Assembly: GCA_965215265.1 (NCBI GenBank)
Contig: OZ244048.1
Coordinates: forward strand, 1,664,001 to 1,728,000
Source: Candidatus Poribacteria bacterium
Lineage (GTDB): Bacteria > Poribacteria > WGA-4E > WGA-3G
Direction of reading: 5' to 3'
Length of the DNA: 64,000 nt
Shown here: positions 19,682-29,251 of the stretch, one piece after another
Numbering within the stretch: the stretch's first letter is position 1
Layout: every line of letters begins with the position of its first letter
Notes under the pieces: generated by a model
Told to the model about the DNA's origin: nothing
The model's database searches: none
What the model saw: the letters and a program-made list of their open reading frames with translations, nothing else
Made by a program: the position numbers and the translations under genes

Positions 19682-21490
19682 ATGGAATTTCTACAGTCAT
19701 TTTTTTCAATCCTTCCAAATATTAAAACAGTGCTACTTGCAATTATCCCGCTCGGTTTCCTTATTTTTATACATGAACTCGGCCATTTTTATGCAGCGAA
19801 ACGGGCTGGAATTAAAGTCAACACCTTCTCCCTCGGTTTCGGTCCAAAACTAATCGGGTTTCAGCGCGGGGTAGGTTTTACAACACTCATAGACGGATTA
19901 CGCTTATCCCGTGCGGCTAAAGCTGCCGAGGAGGCAGCAGGATCCGGGGAATCTACGAATCCGGGTGCGGATGTCTCTTCTCTATCTACCACCGACACCG
20001 AGTACCGGCTCTCTTTGTTGCCGTTTGGCGGGTATGTTCAAATGGAAGGTGAAAATCCGAAGGAGCAGACTGGTGCTGTAGGCGAATTTGGGAGTGCTTC
20101 GCTTGGCAACCGGGCTTTTGTTGTTGCTGCGGGCCCCGCCGTGAACTTGCTGTTCGGGGTTTTAGCATTTTGGCTGGTTTTCGCTATTGGCTTGAATCAG
20201 CGTTCGGTTACTTTTATTGAAGGATTAACAGGTAAGCACTTAGAGGGAAAAAAAGAGGGACCTCAATTAGGAGCGGTTGCTCCTGAAGGGCCCGCTGCGC
20301 ACGGCGGATTGGAGCCCGGCGATATCATTCTGTCCGTAAACGACACACAAATTGAAAACTGGGCTGCATTTCACATTAAAATTTACACAAGCCCCGGACG
20401 AGCGTTAGAAATCGAAGTAGAACGCCAAGGCACTCGTCAAACCTTCACTGTCGTACCTAACATTGTACCAAGTGCAAGGGGAGATACCGGCGAACTGCAA
20501 GTCATTTCCAAAAGCGATATAATGGTAACGGATGTTGCCGCAGGGAGTTTAGCAGAACAGGCAGGTATCCAAGTAGGGGATAGAGTTGAGACGATTAACG
20601 GCGAAAAAATTTATAACGTTCCAGAATTTGGTTCGGGAATTTGGGCAGCCGAAGCGATTTGGCTGTCTCAGCACTACCAGTCCCTTTACCGCTCAATTCA
20701 GCAGAATCCTAACGAGTTTCAACTCGGTATTCGCCGAGGCGAGACTGCAAAAGTTTTGAAAATGCCGGTCACTTGGGAACTCACGGCGGTGGTTCAACCC
20801 GATGCGGAAGTTGTTGGCTTGCAAAATGGGGACACGCTTCTCACCCTCAATGGAAATGCCGTGGATAGTGAGACGCTTTCAGCAGGCTTGAAAGCAGCGG
20901 CAAGCAAACCGATTGAATTGCGCATACGGCGAGGCAATTCAGAAAAAACGGTAACGCTATCTCCGAACGTAAAAGCGAGAGCTGAGAGTGCACAAGCAAC
21001 AAGCAGGCTATATGGATTCGGATGGACGACAACGCTCAGCGGAATCTCATTTGGGGAACCGCCGCGGGTCGTGCCAACCTATACTGTATTTACAGCGTTC
21101 GGAAAGGGACTTGAAACGTCATGGCTGACCGTTGCCTCCATCGGAAGAACCCTAAAGCAGCTAATCAATAGAGAAGTTTCGCCGAGGTATCTCACCGGAC
21201 CTATCGGCATAGCCAACGCGACAAGCCGGATGTTTAATTTCGGGTTCACGATTGCTCTGTTTTTTATTGGCTTTATTAGCATCAACCTCGCCATTGTGAA
21301 TTTGTTGCCAATTCCGATCGCCGACGGAGGGCATTTGCTATTTTTTGCGGTTGAGAAAATCCGAGGACGGCCGATAAGCCTCGAAAAACAGGCAATCGTC
21401 CAGCATGTAAGCATTATTCTCTTAATTGCCCTATTCCTGTATATCACTTGGTTTGATGGGCTCTCCTTAATTGATGACATCCGTAACTAA
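19682..21490 (+). CDS. rseP: RIP metalloprotease RseP with multiple PDZ domains
   Basis: HELGH, LLPFGGYV, AGPAVN, NLLPIPIADGGH. Confidence 0.95.
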   Translation: MEFLQSFFSILPNIKTVLLAIIPLGFLIFIHELGHFYAAKRAGIKVNTFSLGFGPKLIGFQRGVGFTTLIDGLRLSRAAKAAEEAAGSGESTNPGADVSSLSTTDTEYRLSLLPFGGYVQMEGENPKEQTGAVGEFGSASLGNRAFVVAAGPAVNLLFGVLAFWLVFAIGLNQRSVTFIEGLTGKHLEGKKEGPQLGAVAPEGPAAHGGLEPGDIILSVNDTQIENWAAFHIKIYTSPGRALEIEVERQGTRQTFTVVPNIVPSARGDTGELQVISKSDIMVTDVAAGSLAEQAGIQVGDRVETINGEKIYNVPEFGSGIWAAEAIWLSQHYQSLYRSIQQNPNEFQLGIRRGETAKVLKMPVTWELTAVVQPDAEVVGLQNGDTLLTLNGNAVDSETLSAGLKAAASKPIELRIRRGNSEKTVTLSPNVKARAESAQATSRLYGFGWTTTLSGISFGEPPRVVPTYTVFTAFGKGLETSWLTVASIGRTLKQLINREVSPRYLTGPIGIANATSRMFNFGFTIALFFIGFISINLAIVNLLPIPIADGGHLLFFAVEKIRGRPISLEKQAIVQHVSIILLIALFLYITWFDGLSLIDDIRN

Positions 21491-21810
21491 TTTTCGTCTA
21501 CTGCAGCACAACAAAGGCTGCTGCAATGCTAAAATTTGTACAAATCTCGTTTTTTTCGTCTACAGGAGCCCGTTAAAGGCTGCTGTAATGTTAACCTTAG
21601 CACAAATCTCGTCGCCCGCCCACCCAAATCCTTTGATGTTATGATTCAATACATCGAAGGGCTCAGACGAGATTTACACAGTGATTAACACAACATCAGC
21701 CATTTAGGGGCTGCACCATACGAAAGAATTCGTATATCTCCGTACCATCAACGTCTATGTTTTGATAGTTCGTGTGTAAATCTCGTCGGAGCCTCTTGAT
21801 GTTTAGATTC
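21491..21810. repeat. Modular ~61-bp repeat array (rseP-udg gap)
   Basis: Two tandem units (21491-21551 and 21553-21612), a hairpin linker, an inverted unit, then a further forward unit ending GTGTAAATCTCGTCGGAG. Confidence 0.85.
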
Positions 21811-22488
21811 AAAAAAGAATACTTACAACTTCTTGCGACTGTGAGGGAATACGTGGAAGAACAACTTGAACTCGGTTTCATGGAGCTACAGGAGCCTAAA
21901 CAGGAATCTCCTTACGCTAACTTCGACCTGATCCAGTTAGATGCAGATGCTCAAAACTGCACCCGATGCGTTTTGCACGAAAGCCGAAACAGCGTCGTTT
22001 TCGGATTTGGAAATCCTAATGCTTCGCTGATGTTTGTCGGAGAAGCACCTGGGGCGGATGAAGACCGGCAAGGCGAACCTTTTGTCGGACGCGCCGGGCA
22101 ACTGCTGACCCGAATTATTGAGGCGATGAAGTTTACACGTGACAATGTTTACATCGCTAACGTGCTAAAATGCCGTCCACCGGGAAACAGAAATCCAGGC
22201 CCGGATGAGATTGAAATGTGTCGTCCATATTTGGAACGGCAGATAGAATTGATTCACCCCAAAGTGATTGTCGCACTCGGGAGTTTTGCAGCGAAGTTGT
22301 TAATTAATACGACTACAGGTATTTCAGCACTTCGCGGACAGTTTCATACGTACTCGAAAGCCGGAAAGCAGGAGAATGCACCACGCATCATGCCTACCTA
22401 TCATCCTGCATATCTGCTCCGGAATCCTAGTGCAAAACGCGACGTGTGGGACGATATGAAAAAGGTCTTAGATTTCTTAGAAAAATGA
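21799..22488 (+). CDS. Uracil-DNA glycosylase family 4
   Basis: Cxx[34 protein letters not shown]. Confidence 0.93.
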   Translation: MFRFKKEYLQLLATVREYVEEQLELGFMELQEPKQESPYANFDLIQLDADAQNCTRCVLHESRNSVVFGFGNPNASLMFVGEAPGADEDRQGEPFVGRAGQLLTRIIEAMKFTRDNVYIANVLKCRPPGNRNPGPDEIEMCRPYLERQIELIHPKVIVALGSFAAKLLINTTTGISALRGQFHTYSKAGKQENAPRIMPTYHPAYLLRNPSAKRDVWDDMKKVLDFLEK

Positions 22489-24965
22489 GTTACGCCAACG
22501 TCGCTTTCCCGCTCGCCATCAATCAGCAGTTTACGTACGCCGTACCGTCGTATCTAGATGCAATAGTGCAACCCGGTGTCCGGGTACTGGCTCCCTTTCG
22601 GCGAAGTATTCAGGAAGGGGTTGTTGTTGAAAGGCTTGATGAAACTGAGCTTGCACCCAACAGAATCAAGCATATTTCCGATTGTCTGGATGAGGTACCG
22701 ATGTTCTCTACTGAGATGCTGACGCTCACAAAATGGATGGCTGACTACTACGTCTCTTCGTGGGGTAATGCACTTTTTTGTGCTGTACCTACCGCTATCC
22801 GCAGTCAGAAACAGCAGCGCGTGAAACTCCAACCGGAGCCTCCGGTGCCGAGGGGAAAAGTGCAAAAGGAAATTGTTGCACTTTTGGAAGCAGAAGGGGA
22901 GCTGTCGCCCAACCAACTCGCGAGGCGTGTCGGTGTCAGCTACTCGGATCTACGCCCCAAAATTTCTGCCCTACGTGAAAACGGGGTTGTGGATATTTAT
23001 GTCACGCACAAACCAAAAGCCACGGCACAAGTCACGACTGTTGCAACATTAGCGCTGCCTGCATCGGAAGTCGAGACAGAGATCGTTGAACTGAAAGATG
23101 CAGAAAACCGCCGGCGTGGTGCCTCCGCCAAACATGCTGAAATTCTGCAAATCTTACTTGACGAGAATGTTCCGTTAGCCACAACAGAACTCACAAAACG
23201 CGTCGGGGCTGGTGTTTCTCTGCTTCGAACGCTTGAAAGACGTGGATTCATCCGGATTACACGCGTCCCCTCGGTGCGGAACCCGCTGAGCTGCCAACCC
23301 GTGGCACCCACACAAGCGTATCCGTTAAATTCCGAACAGGCTGCAGCATTTACCGAAATCCAGAACGCACTCTCAACAAATATTTCTGCCTCTCAAAAGC
23401 CCCCGATTTTGCTGCTTCACGGCGTGACTGGCAGCGGCAAAACCGAGGTGTACATGCAGTCAATGGCACCGATACTGAAAACCGGTAAATCGGTTATCGT
23501 ATTGGTACCAGAAATTTCATTAACACCGCAAACGGCTTCGCGGTTTATCGGGCGTTTCGGCGACCGGGTTGCTGTGTTACACAGCCGATTGAGCAATGGT
23601 GAACGCTATGATGGGTGGCACCGCATTCAAAAAGGCGAAGCGACTATTGTTATCGGACCCCGCTCAGCAGTGTTTGCCCCGGTTAAGGAACTCGGCTTGT
23701 TAGTTATAGATGAAGAGCACTCGGATTCCTATAAATCGGATACTGCACCGAGATACCATGCGCGGGAAGTTGCACAGAAACGGAGTGAGCTTGCAAACTG
23801 CGCGCTGCTGTTGGGTAGTGCCACCCCTTCCATTGAGAGTTTTCATCGTGCAAAGAATGGGACCTACAACTTACTCAGCTTGCCCTCCCGGGTATTAAAT
23901 AGAGCAATGCCGGCCGTTCATATCGTTGATATGCGCGCCGAATTGAAGCAGGGCAATCGCACTATCTTCTCCGATGCACTCCGAAACGGCATCGTAGAAC
24001 GGCTTGTAAAACGGGAGCAAATTATCCTTTTTCTCAATAGACGGGGGCATTCAACTTATGTGTTTTGTCGAACTTGCGGTTATGTAGAGCGGTGCAACAG
24101 TTGCTCTATTTCGTTGACGTTCCACTTTGAAACCAAAAAACTGGTTTGCCATCATTGCGGACATAAACGGAATACACATTCTACATGTCCACAGTGTAGC
24201 AGTCCTGCCATCCGTTATTTTGGACTCGGCACAGAAGCTATAGAACAAGAGGTCAGAAAATCGTTTCCGGGGGCAAACGTCAAGCGCTTTGATGCAGATT
24301 CTACAGCGCGGAAGAACGCACATCAACAGATATTAGAAGCATTTCAGCAGCAGCAGCTTGACATTTTAATTGGTACTCAGATGGTAGCAAAGGGGTTAGA
24401 TTTCCCCAATGTCACACTTGTCGGAGTCATCGCCGCAGATACTGCCTTAAATTTGCCTGATTTCCGGGCAGGTGAGCAGACCTTTAGCCTGCTGACACAA
24501 GTCGCCGGGCGCTCCGGACGGGCGGATATACCAGGGGAGGTTATCTTTCAAACCTATATGCCCGAACACTACTGCATTGCAGCAGCACAAAAGCATGACT
24601 ATCTCGAGTTTTATGAGAAAGAGGTGGAGGCACGCAACGCGCTGCGTTACCCCCCCTTTTCGCAGGTGGCAAGACTGCTGTTGCGTGGCCCGGATGAGCC
24701 AGCGGTTATTGAAGCCGCCCATGCCCTACACACGAAACTCCAACTTTGGCTAACTGACGAAGTTCTCGACATCGATATTCTCGGACCTGCACCTGCTCCG
24801 CTCTCAAAAATTGAAGGGAAATTTCGGTGGCATTTTTTGCTTCGAAGTGAAGCGGACGGAAAAATTAGTCAACTCCTTCACCACATCACGAACGACCCTA
24901 TACCTTCTATTAAATCCAACGCTATTGAACTCATTATAGACATAAATCCAACGCATACTTTGTAG
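22485..24965 (+). CDS. priA: Primosomal protein N' helicase
   Basis: HGVTGSGKTEVY, DEEH, the CxxC zinc-finger series, GTQMVAKGLDFP, QVAGRSGR. Confidence 0.97.
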   Translation: MSYANVAFPLAINQQFTYAVPSYLDAIVQPGVRVLAPFRRSIQEGVVVERLDETELAPNRIKHISDCLDEVPMFSTEMLTLTKWMADYYVSSWGNALFCAVPTAIRSQKQQRVKLQPEPPVPRGKVQKEIVALLEAEGELSPNQLARRVGVSYSDLRPKISALRENGVVDIYVTHKPKATAQVTTVATLALPASEVETEIVELKDAENRRRGASAKHAEILQILLDENVPLATTELTKRVGAGVSLLRTLERRGFIRITRVPSVRNPLSCQPVAPTQAYPLNSEQAAAFTEIQNALSTNISASQKPPILLLHGVTGSGKTEVYMQSMAPILKTGKSVIVLVPEISLTPQTASRFIGRFGDRVAVLHSRLSNGERYDGWHRIQKGEATIVIGPRSAVFAPVKELGLLVIDEEHSDSYKSDTAPRYHAREVAQKRSELANCALLLGSATPSIESFHRAKNGTYNLLSLPSRVLNRAMPAVHIVDMRAELKQGNRTIFSDALRNGIVERLVKREQIILFLNRRGHSTYVFCRTCGYVERCNSCSISLTFHFETKKLVCHHCGHKRNTHSTCPQCSSPAIRYFGLGTEAIEQEVRKSFPGANVKRFDADSTARKNAHQQILEAFQQQQLDILIGTQMVAKGLDFPNVTLVGVIAADTALNLPDFRAGEQTFSLLTQVAGRSGRADIPGEVIFQTYMPEHYCIAAAQKHDYLEFYEKEVEARNALRYPPFSQVARLLLRGPDEPAVIEAAHALHTKLQLWLTDEVLDIDILGPAPAPLSKIEGKFRWHFLLRSEADGKISQLLHHITNDPIPSIKSNAIELIIDINPTHTL

Positions 24966-25022
24966 CATAGAGACTTGTCTCGCACTTTCTTATTGCATAA
25001 AACCTATTGAAAGGAATCATAG

Positions 25023-25976
25023 ATGGGCACCCGGATATTTGACAAACTTAATGACACAACACAACTTGCACGAAGCCCAATTCTCGTTTTCGCTGCCGAC
25101 CCGCTGGCATCCGCTGGTATTAAAGGATTGGGACAGGTTCAACATCCTAAACCGCACTACCGGACGCATGCAGAGTTTTTGCAGCTACAACGTGACCTGG
25201 TTGCAGATGGACAATTGGATGGGCTGCTGATGACACCGGCTGATGCTGAAACGCTGGCCCTTGAAGAAAACCTGTTTGAAGATACACATATCACGCCAAT
25301 TGTTCGGATGAATTCGGAGACAGCTATCTGGAATCCGCGTTTTGGTGTATATACCGCGCGCCCGTCAATGCCCTTTCAAACGGTTTTTCCGGAAGACATG
25401 CAGCGGTATTGTGAAGCACTCATCGGCCCTGCTTTGGAATGCCGGGTTAACCTCGGCCTGTATTCTATTACACTCAACAACGACCCGATTGTTGATGAGC
25501 GGATGCTGCAGGCGTATATCCAATTCGCGCATGTTGTCGGTGAAATTGAGGGGTTTGACCATCTACTAGAGGTTTTTCTACCTAATGTTAAATTGCCGGG
25601 GATGGATGAAGAGAAACGTGGAATGTACGTTGCAGACTCTATCGTGCGAACGATGAGCTACCTACGGAAACATCAACGCCCACGCTTTATCAAAACCGCA
25701 TACACCACTGCTGAAGTATGGTGCGAGTTGTGTGAATTTGATAAAACCTTGGTGATTGGTGCCTTGGGCGGTCCGCGGCAAAACGCACGAAGCACGTTTG
25801 CCCTCGCACATAACGTCATCCAGAACGGCGGGCGCGCCATCTTATTCGGGCGTACCATTTTTGGTGAAGCAGCACCAGTCGGGTTCGTGCAATGCATCCG
25901 TCGCGTGCTTGACGGTGAGGCAGAGCCGCAGGCAGCGCACACCGAATATCAGAAAATGTTGCGGATGGGCCAGTAA
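25023..25976 (+). CDS. Putative class I aldolase-like TIM-barrel protein
   Basis: FAAD near the N-terminus, FIKTAY (Schiff-base Lys-like), GALGG, LFGRTIF. Confidence 0.55.
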   Translation: MGTRIFDKLNDTTQLARSPILVFAADPLASAGIKGLGQVQHPKPHYRTHAEFLQLQRDLVADGQLDGLLMTPADAETLALEENLFEDTHITPIVRMNSETAIWNPRFGVYTARPSMPFQTVFPEDMQRYCEALIGPALECRVNLGLYSITLNNDPIVDERMLQAYIQFAHVVGEIEGFDHLLEVFLPNVKLPGMDEEKRGMYVADSIVRTMSYLRKHQRPRFIKTAYTTAEVWCELCEFDKTLVIGALGGPRQNARSTFALAHNVIQNGGRAILFGRTIFGEAAPVGFVQCIRRVLDGEAEPQAAHTEYQKMLRMGQ

Positions 25977-26111
25977 CACAGTTTGCCTAAGTCTGCTACT
26001 CCCCACCCGCCCAACTTCCGATGATGGCTGAAGAACCCGTTTTTTTGCCCAAGCGTCTGTCATGTCCCGTGTTGCATGTCTATGTCAGCCCCCGCCCGTA
26101 TCCTAAAATCT

Positions 26112-26152
26112 GTTGGCAGGTTTGGCAGCCGGACCCTGCCAAACCTGCCAAC
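26112..26152. terminator. Perfect 17-bp inverted repeat between convergent genes
   Basis: GTTGGCAGGTTTGGCAG-N7-CTGCCAAACCTGCCAAC. Confidence 0.6.
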
Positions 26153-26196
26153 CAATTCTAACGCTTTTTTTAACTAATAGTAAAAAAATCGTAGAG

Positions 26197-26220
26197 GTCC
26201 GAGCTGCATGCAGCTCGGAC
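26197..26220. repeat. Perfect 24-bp palindrome downstream of the variable region (DGR-type hairpin/cruciform candidate)
   Basis: GTCCGAGCTGCATGCAGCTCGGAC, 19 bp after the TAA of the FGE gene. Confidence 0.75.
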
Positions 26221-26239
26221 GGGGTAAAGGGGTAAAGAT

Positions 26240-28213
26240 TTAAGGAGTAACAGCCCTCGCGCACCGGAACCCGACACCGCCGTACGTGAACGTCGGGGTA
26301 AGCCTGCTGCGACCGGCGACACGCAGTTTTCGTGTAGGACTGTTCCAACTACCGCCACGCAACACGCGAGAGGAAGAGATCATAGCGGTCATATAGCGAT
26401 TTACAATCTCAGCCACATTCACGAGCGTACTGCCAGACACACCACTCAGCGGATTCCGAGACGGAGACTCAGAATAGAAATCCGCATCATACGCATCAAG
26501 ACACCACTCGTAAACGTTGCCTGCCATATCATACAGCCCATACCCGTTCGCAGCATAACTCCCCACAGCCGTTGTATTGCCTACATTCCTACCGTGGTTG
26601 GCGTTATTAGGCGTTATCGTGTCCCCCCACGGGTATTTCTTACCAACTAACCCACCGCGTGCCGCTTTCTCCCACTCCGCCTCCGTTGGCAGACGCTTAC
26701 CTGCCCACACGGAATATGCCATCGCACCATACCACGACACATACCTCACGGGATGGTTCGCCTTACCCACTGGATAGTTATTACCTTCCCAAAGCATTAG
26801 GTACTTACCATTGTGGAAGGCATCCGGAATCTGCGTCTTCTGCCACTCGGGGTTCGCCAGCAGAAAACTTTTATACTCGGCGTTCGTCACTTCGTGCATA
26901 TCCATATAGAACGCGTCCACATACACCGTCCGCACAGGCTGCTCGTCACCATCGGCCTCGGCATCGTTGCTGCCCATCTGGAACTCGCCCGCGGGGATGA
27001 GTGCCATCCCTGCAGGCACCGATGTTGCACTCACACAACGAAACCCGGTGAAGCTTGCCGTGAACGTCGGCTCCCTCTTGAACCTATCGGCGACGCGCTG
27101 GTAACGCACATCAGCACGCCAATTACCACCCCGCAACACCCGCATTGACTTCACATTTACGCCAATGTAGTCCGATACAATCTCAGCCACATTCGCGAGC
27201 ATACTACCAGACACACCACACAGCGGATTCCGAGACGGAGACTTTTTATAAAATTTCTTATCCCACGCATCAAGACACCACTCGTGAACGTTCCCGGCCA
27301 TGTCGAACAGCCCATACCCGTTCGCAGCATAACTCCCCACAGAAGTCGTATCGTCTACATTCCTATCGTAGTTCGCATCGTTCGGCGTTATCATGTCTCC
27401 CCACGGATACTTCAGACCTGCCTCCCCACCGCGTGCCGCTTTCTCCCATTCCGCCTCCGTTGGCAGACGCTTCCCTGCCCACGCAGCATAAGCCATCGCC
27501 GCATGCCACGACACATACCTCACAGGATGGTCCCCCTTACCCACTGGATAGTTATTACCGTCCCAACGGTTTAGGTAAGAACCAAAGTGGAAGGCATCCG
27601 AAATACGCCCCTTCTGCCACTCGGGATTCGCCAGCACAAAAGTTTGATACTCAGCGTTCGTCACTTCGTGCGTATCCATATAGAACGCGTCCACATGCAC
27701 CGTATGCACAGGCTGCTCGTTATCCCGCGCATCAGCATCGTTGCTGCCCATCTGGAAGGTGCCGCCGGGGATGAGCACCATCCCTGCAGGCGCAGACGCG
27801 GGAGCCGCAGGCGCAGACGCGGGAGCCGCAGGCGCAGACGCTGCACCGTTAAACCCCGCCGCTACTAACACCACGTCTCCTATATCCACTACACTATTCC
27901 CGTTCATATCTGCCGAACTGTTACCGCGGGTTCCCAGGCGCGCCGCTACCAATGCCAAATCCACTATATCCACACGGCCATCACCATTCACATCCGCATC
28001 ACCTTTGACAGCCGAAAGCATGCCGACATCCGCAGGCAGGCTTACCCCTTGCGCACACACAGCGCCAACACTCCCTAAACTCAAAACTATACACGCCAAT
28101 ATTGCTAACATCACTGACACGCTGTTATTAGTCATTACAGTCCTCCAAACCTTTGACACTTTTTTAGCGGACATTACAGTCCTCCAAACCTTTGACACTT
28201 TTTTATTACACAT
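26240..28213 (-). CDS. Secreted dockerin-like/EF-hand + two FGE-sulfatase/C-type-lectin domains; probable DGR target
   Basis: Signal peptide; DVNGDGRVDIVDL and DMNGNSVVDIGD repeats; PAAPASA linker; two FGE domains, the last ending GFRCARAVTP*. Confidence 0.88.
   Translation of the reverse strand: MCNKKVSKVWRTVMSAKKVSKVWRTVMTNNSVSVMLAILACIVLSLGSVGAVCAQGVSLPADVGMLSAVKGDADVNGDGRVDIVDLALVAARLGTRGNSSADMNGNSVVDIGDVVLVAAGFNGAASAPAAPASAPAAPASAPAGMVLIPGGTFQMGSNDADARDNEQPVHTVHVDAFYMDTHEVTNAEYQTFVLANPEWQKGRISDAFHFGSYLNRWDGNNYPVGKGDHPVRYVSWHAAMAYAAWAGKRLPTEAEWEKAARGGEAGLKYPWGDMITPNDANYDRNVDDTTSVGSYAANGYGLFDMAGNVHEWCLDAWDKKFYKKSPSRNPLCGVSGSMLANVAEIVSDYIGVNVKSMRVLRGGNWRADVRYQRVADRFKREPTFTASFTGFRCVSATSVPAGMALIPAGEFQMGSNDAEADGDEQPVRTVYVDAFYMDMHEVTNAEYKSFLLANPEWQKTQIPDAFHNGKYLMLWEGNNYPVGKANHPVRYVSWYGAMAYSVWAGKRLPTEAEWEKAARGGLVGKKYPWGDTITPNNANHGRNVGNTTAVGSYAANGYGLYDMAGNVYEWCLDAYDADFYSESPSRNPLSGVSGSTLVNVAEIVNRYMTAMISSSRVLRGGSWNSPTRKLRVAGRSRLTPTFTYGGVGFRCARAVTP
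27786..27841 (-). repeat. 21-bp tandem repeat encoding an (ASAPAAP)n linker
   Basis: GCAGGCGCAGACGCGGGAGCC repeated about 2.7 times. Confidence 0.85.
28133..28204 (-). repeat. 39-bp-period tandem duplication containing RBS + ATG
   Basis: AAAAAAGTGTCAAAGGTTTGGAGGACTGTAATG twice on the minus strand. Confidence 0.85.
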
Positions 28214-28325
28214 TATATACCTCCAAATGCCGCGAAACACTCGCGGCTAAAAATACGAGGGGTTGGAGGCGAGACCGCCGCGTCAAACGCAGACGGCACA
28301 CACACCCTTACACCTCTCTCACGCT

Positions 28326-28934
28326 TTACTTCCTTATCAACATCTTCTGCGTGGCGGAGAAGTCGCCGGCACGCAGCGTATAGAAATAGATACCACTTGC
28401 AACACGCTCACCAGAGGCGTTGCGCCCGTCCCAATACGCGGCACGCGCCTTGCTCTCGTAACGGCCCGCCGCTTGATGTCCCAACGCTAACGTCCTAACC
28501 AAACGCCCGTCCAACGCATAGATGGACACCTCCACATCCGCTGGCACTGCCAGTTGATAAGGTATCCACGTCTCTGGGTTGAACGGATTCGGATAGTTCG
28601 CTAACAGCCGCGGCCGCTCCACAGGCTGCATCTCCCACAGCACCTGTTCAAGGTTCGCTATCCCCTTTGCAAAAACCGCGGAGCCGTCATTGTTGGCACG
28701 TAACAGCGACAACCACTCTGCAACCGTTTCAGGAGAAACCGAGTCAGCGGAGACGGCAGGCAAGCTACGTGCTATGCTTGTGAGCCCGTCAACCGGAGGC
28801 GCAACGCGCTGCGTCTCTGAGTGAACCGGCATCAAGCCGTATTGCGCTTTTACCAGTCCGTAGCAGGCAAACACTAACACCAGCCCGCCCAAGAAAATCA
28901 CGATGCCTTTTTTCGGGTTCTTCCAATCTTTCAT
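28326..28934 (-). CDS. Secreted protein with a C-terminal FlgD-Ig/T9SS-A-like domain
   Basis: N-terminal hydrophobic segment; LLANYPNPFNPETWIPYQL...YWDGRNASGERVASGIYFYTL. Confidence 0.8.
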   Translation of the reverse strand: MKDWKNPKKGIVIFLGGLVLVFACYGLVKAQYGLMPVHSETQRVAPPVDGLTSIARSLPAVSADSVSPETVAEWLSLLRANNDGSAVFAKGIANLEQVLWEMQPVERPRLLANYPNPFNPETWIPYQLAVPADVEVSIYALDGRLVRTLALGHQAAGRYESKARAAYWDGRNASGERVASGIYFYTLRAGDFSATQKMLIRK

Positions 28935-29200
28935 TTCAAAATATCCTTTCGGACGATGTGTCCGTTGTCGATGCGGTTATCGCACCGGTTAGGTTTATAA
29001 GTCGTTATCAGTTTGATTGCGGGTGGGCAGGCGTGCCGAAGCACGCTGTCCACGCACAAATAGGTGAATAGCCAATACGAGCCCACGGTAGGGTGCCGGG
29101 CGATTGTCGCCTCGGCGCCGTTGACATAAGCCGACTCGGCTTGTTAGCGCACCCGCACACAGAAGCCCGGGGCTCCGACAAGGGGTGCCGCACGCATCAG

Positions 29201-29251
29201 AAAAAAAGCCTGCAACGGCCTCCACCGTCCGAGACGGTAGGCGTGCAGGCG
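29201..29251 (-). terminator. Strong intrinsic terminator
   Basis: Minus strand reads GCCTGCA-CGCCT-ACCGTC-TCG-GACGGT-GGAGGCCGT-TGCAGGC-TTTTTTT. Confidence 0.7.

Noticed and set aside
15216-21810. CRISPR array interpretation of the intergenic repeats
   Set aside because: The cores recur at several loci, units occur in both orientations, the ends are degenerate, and no cas genes are present.
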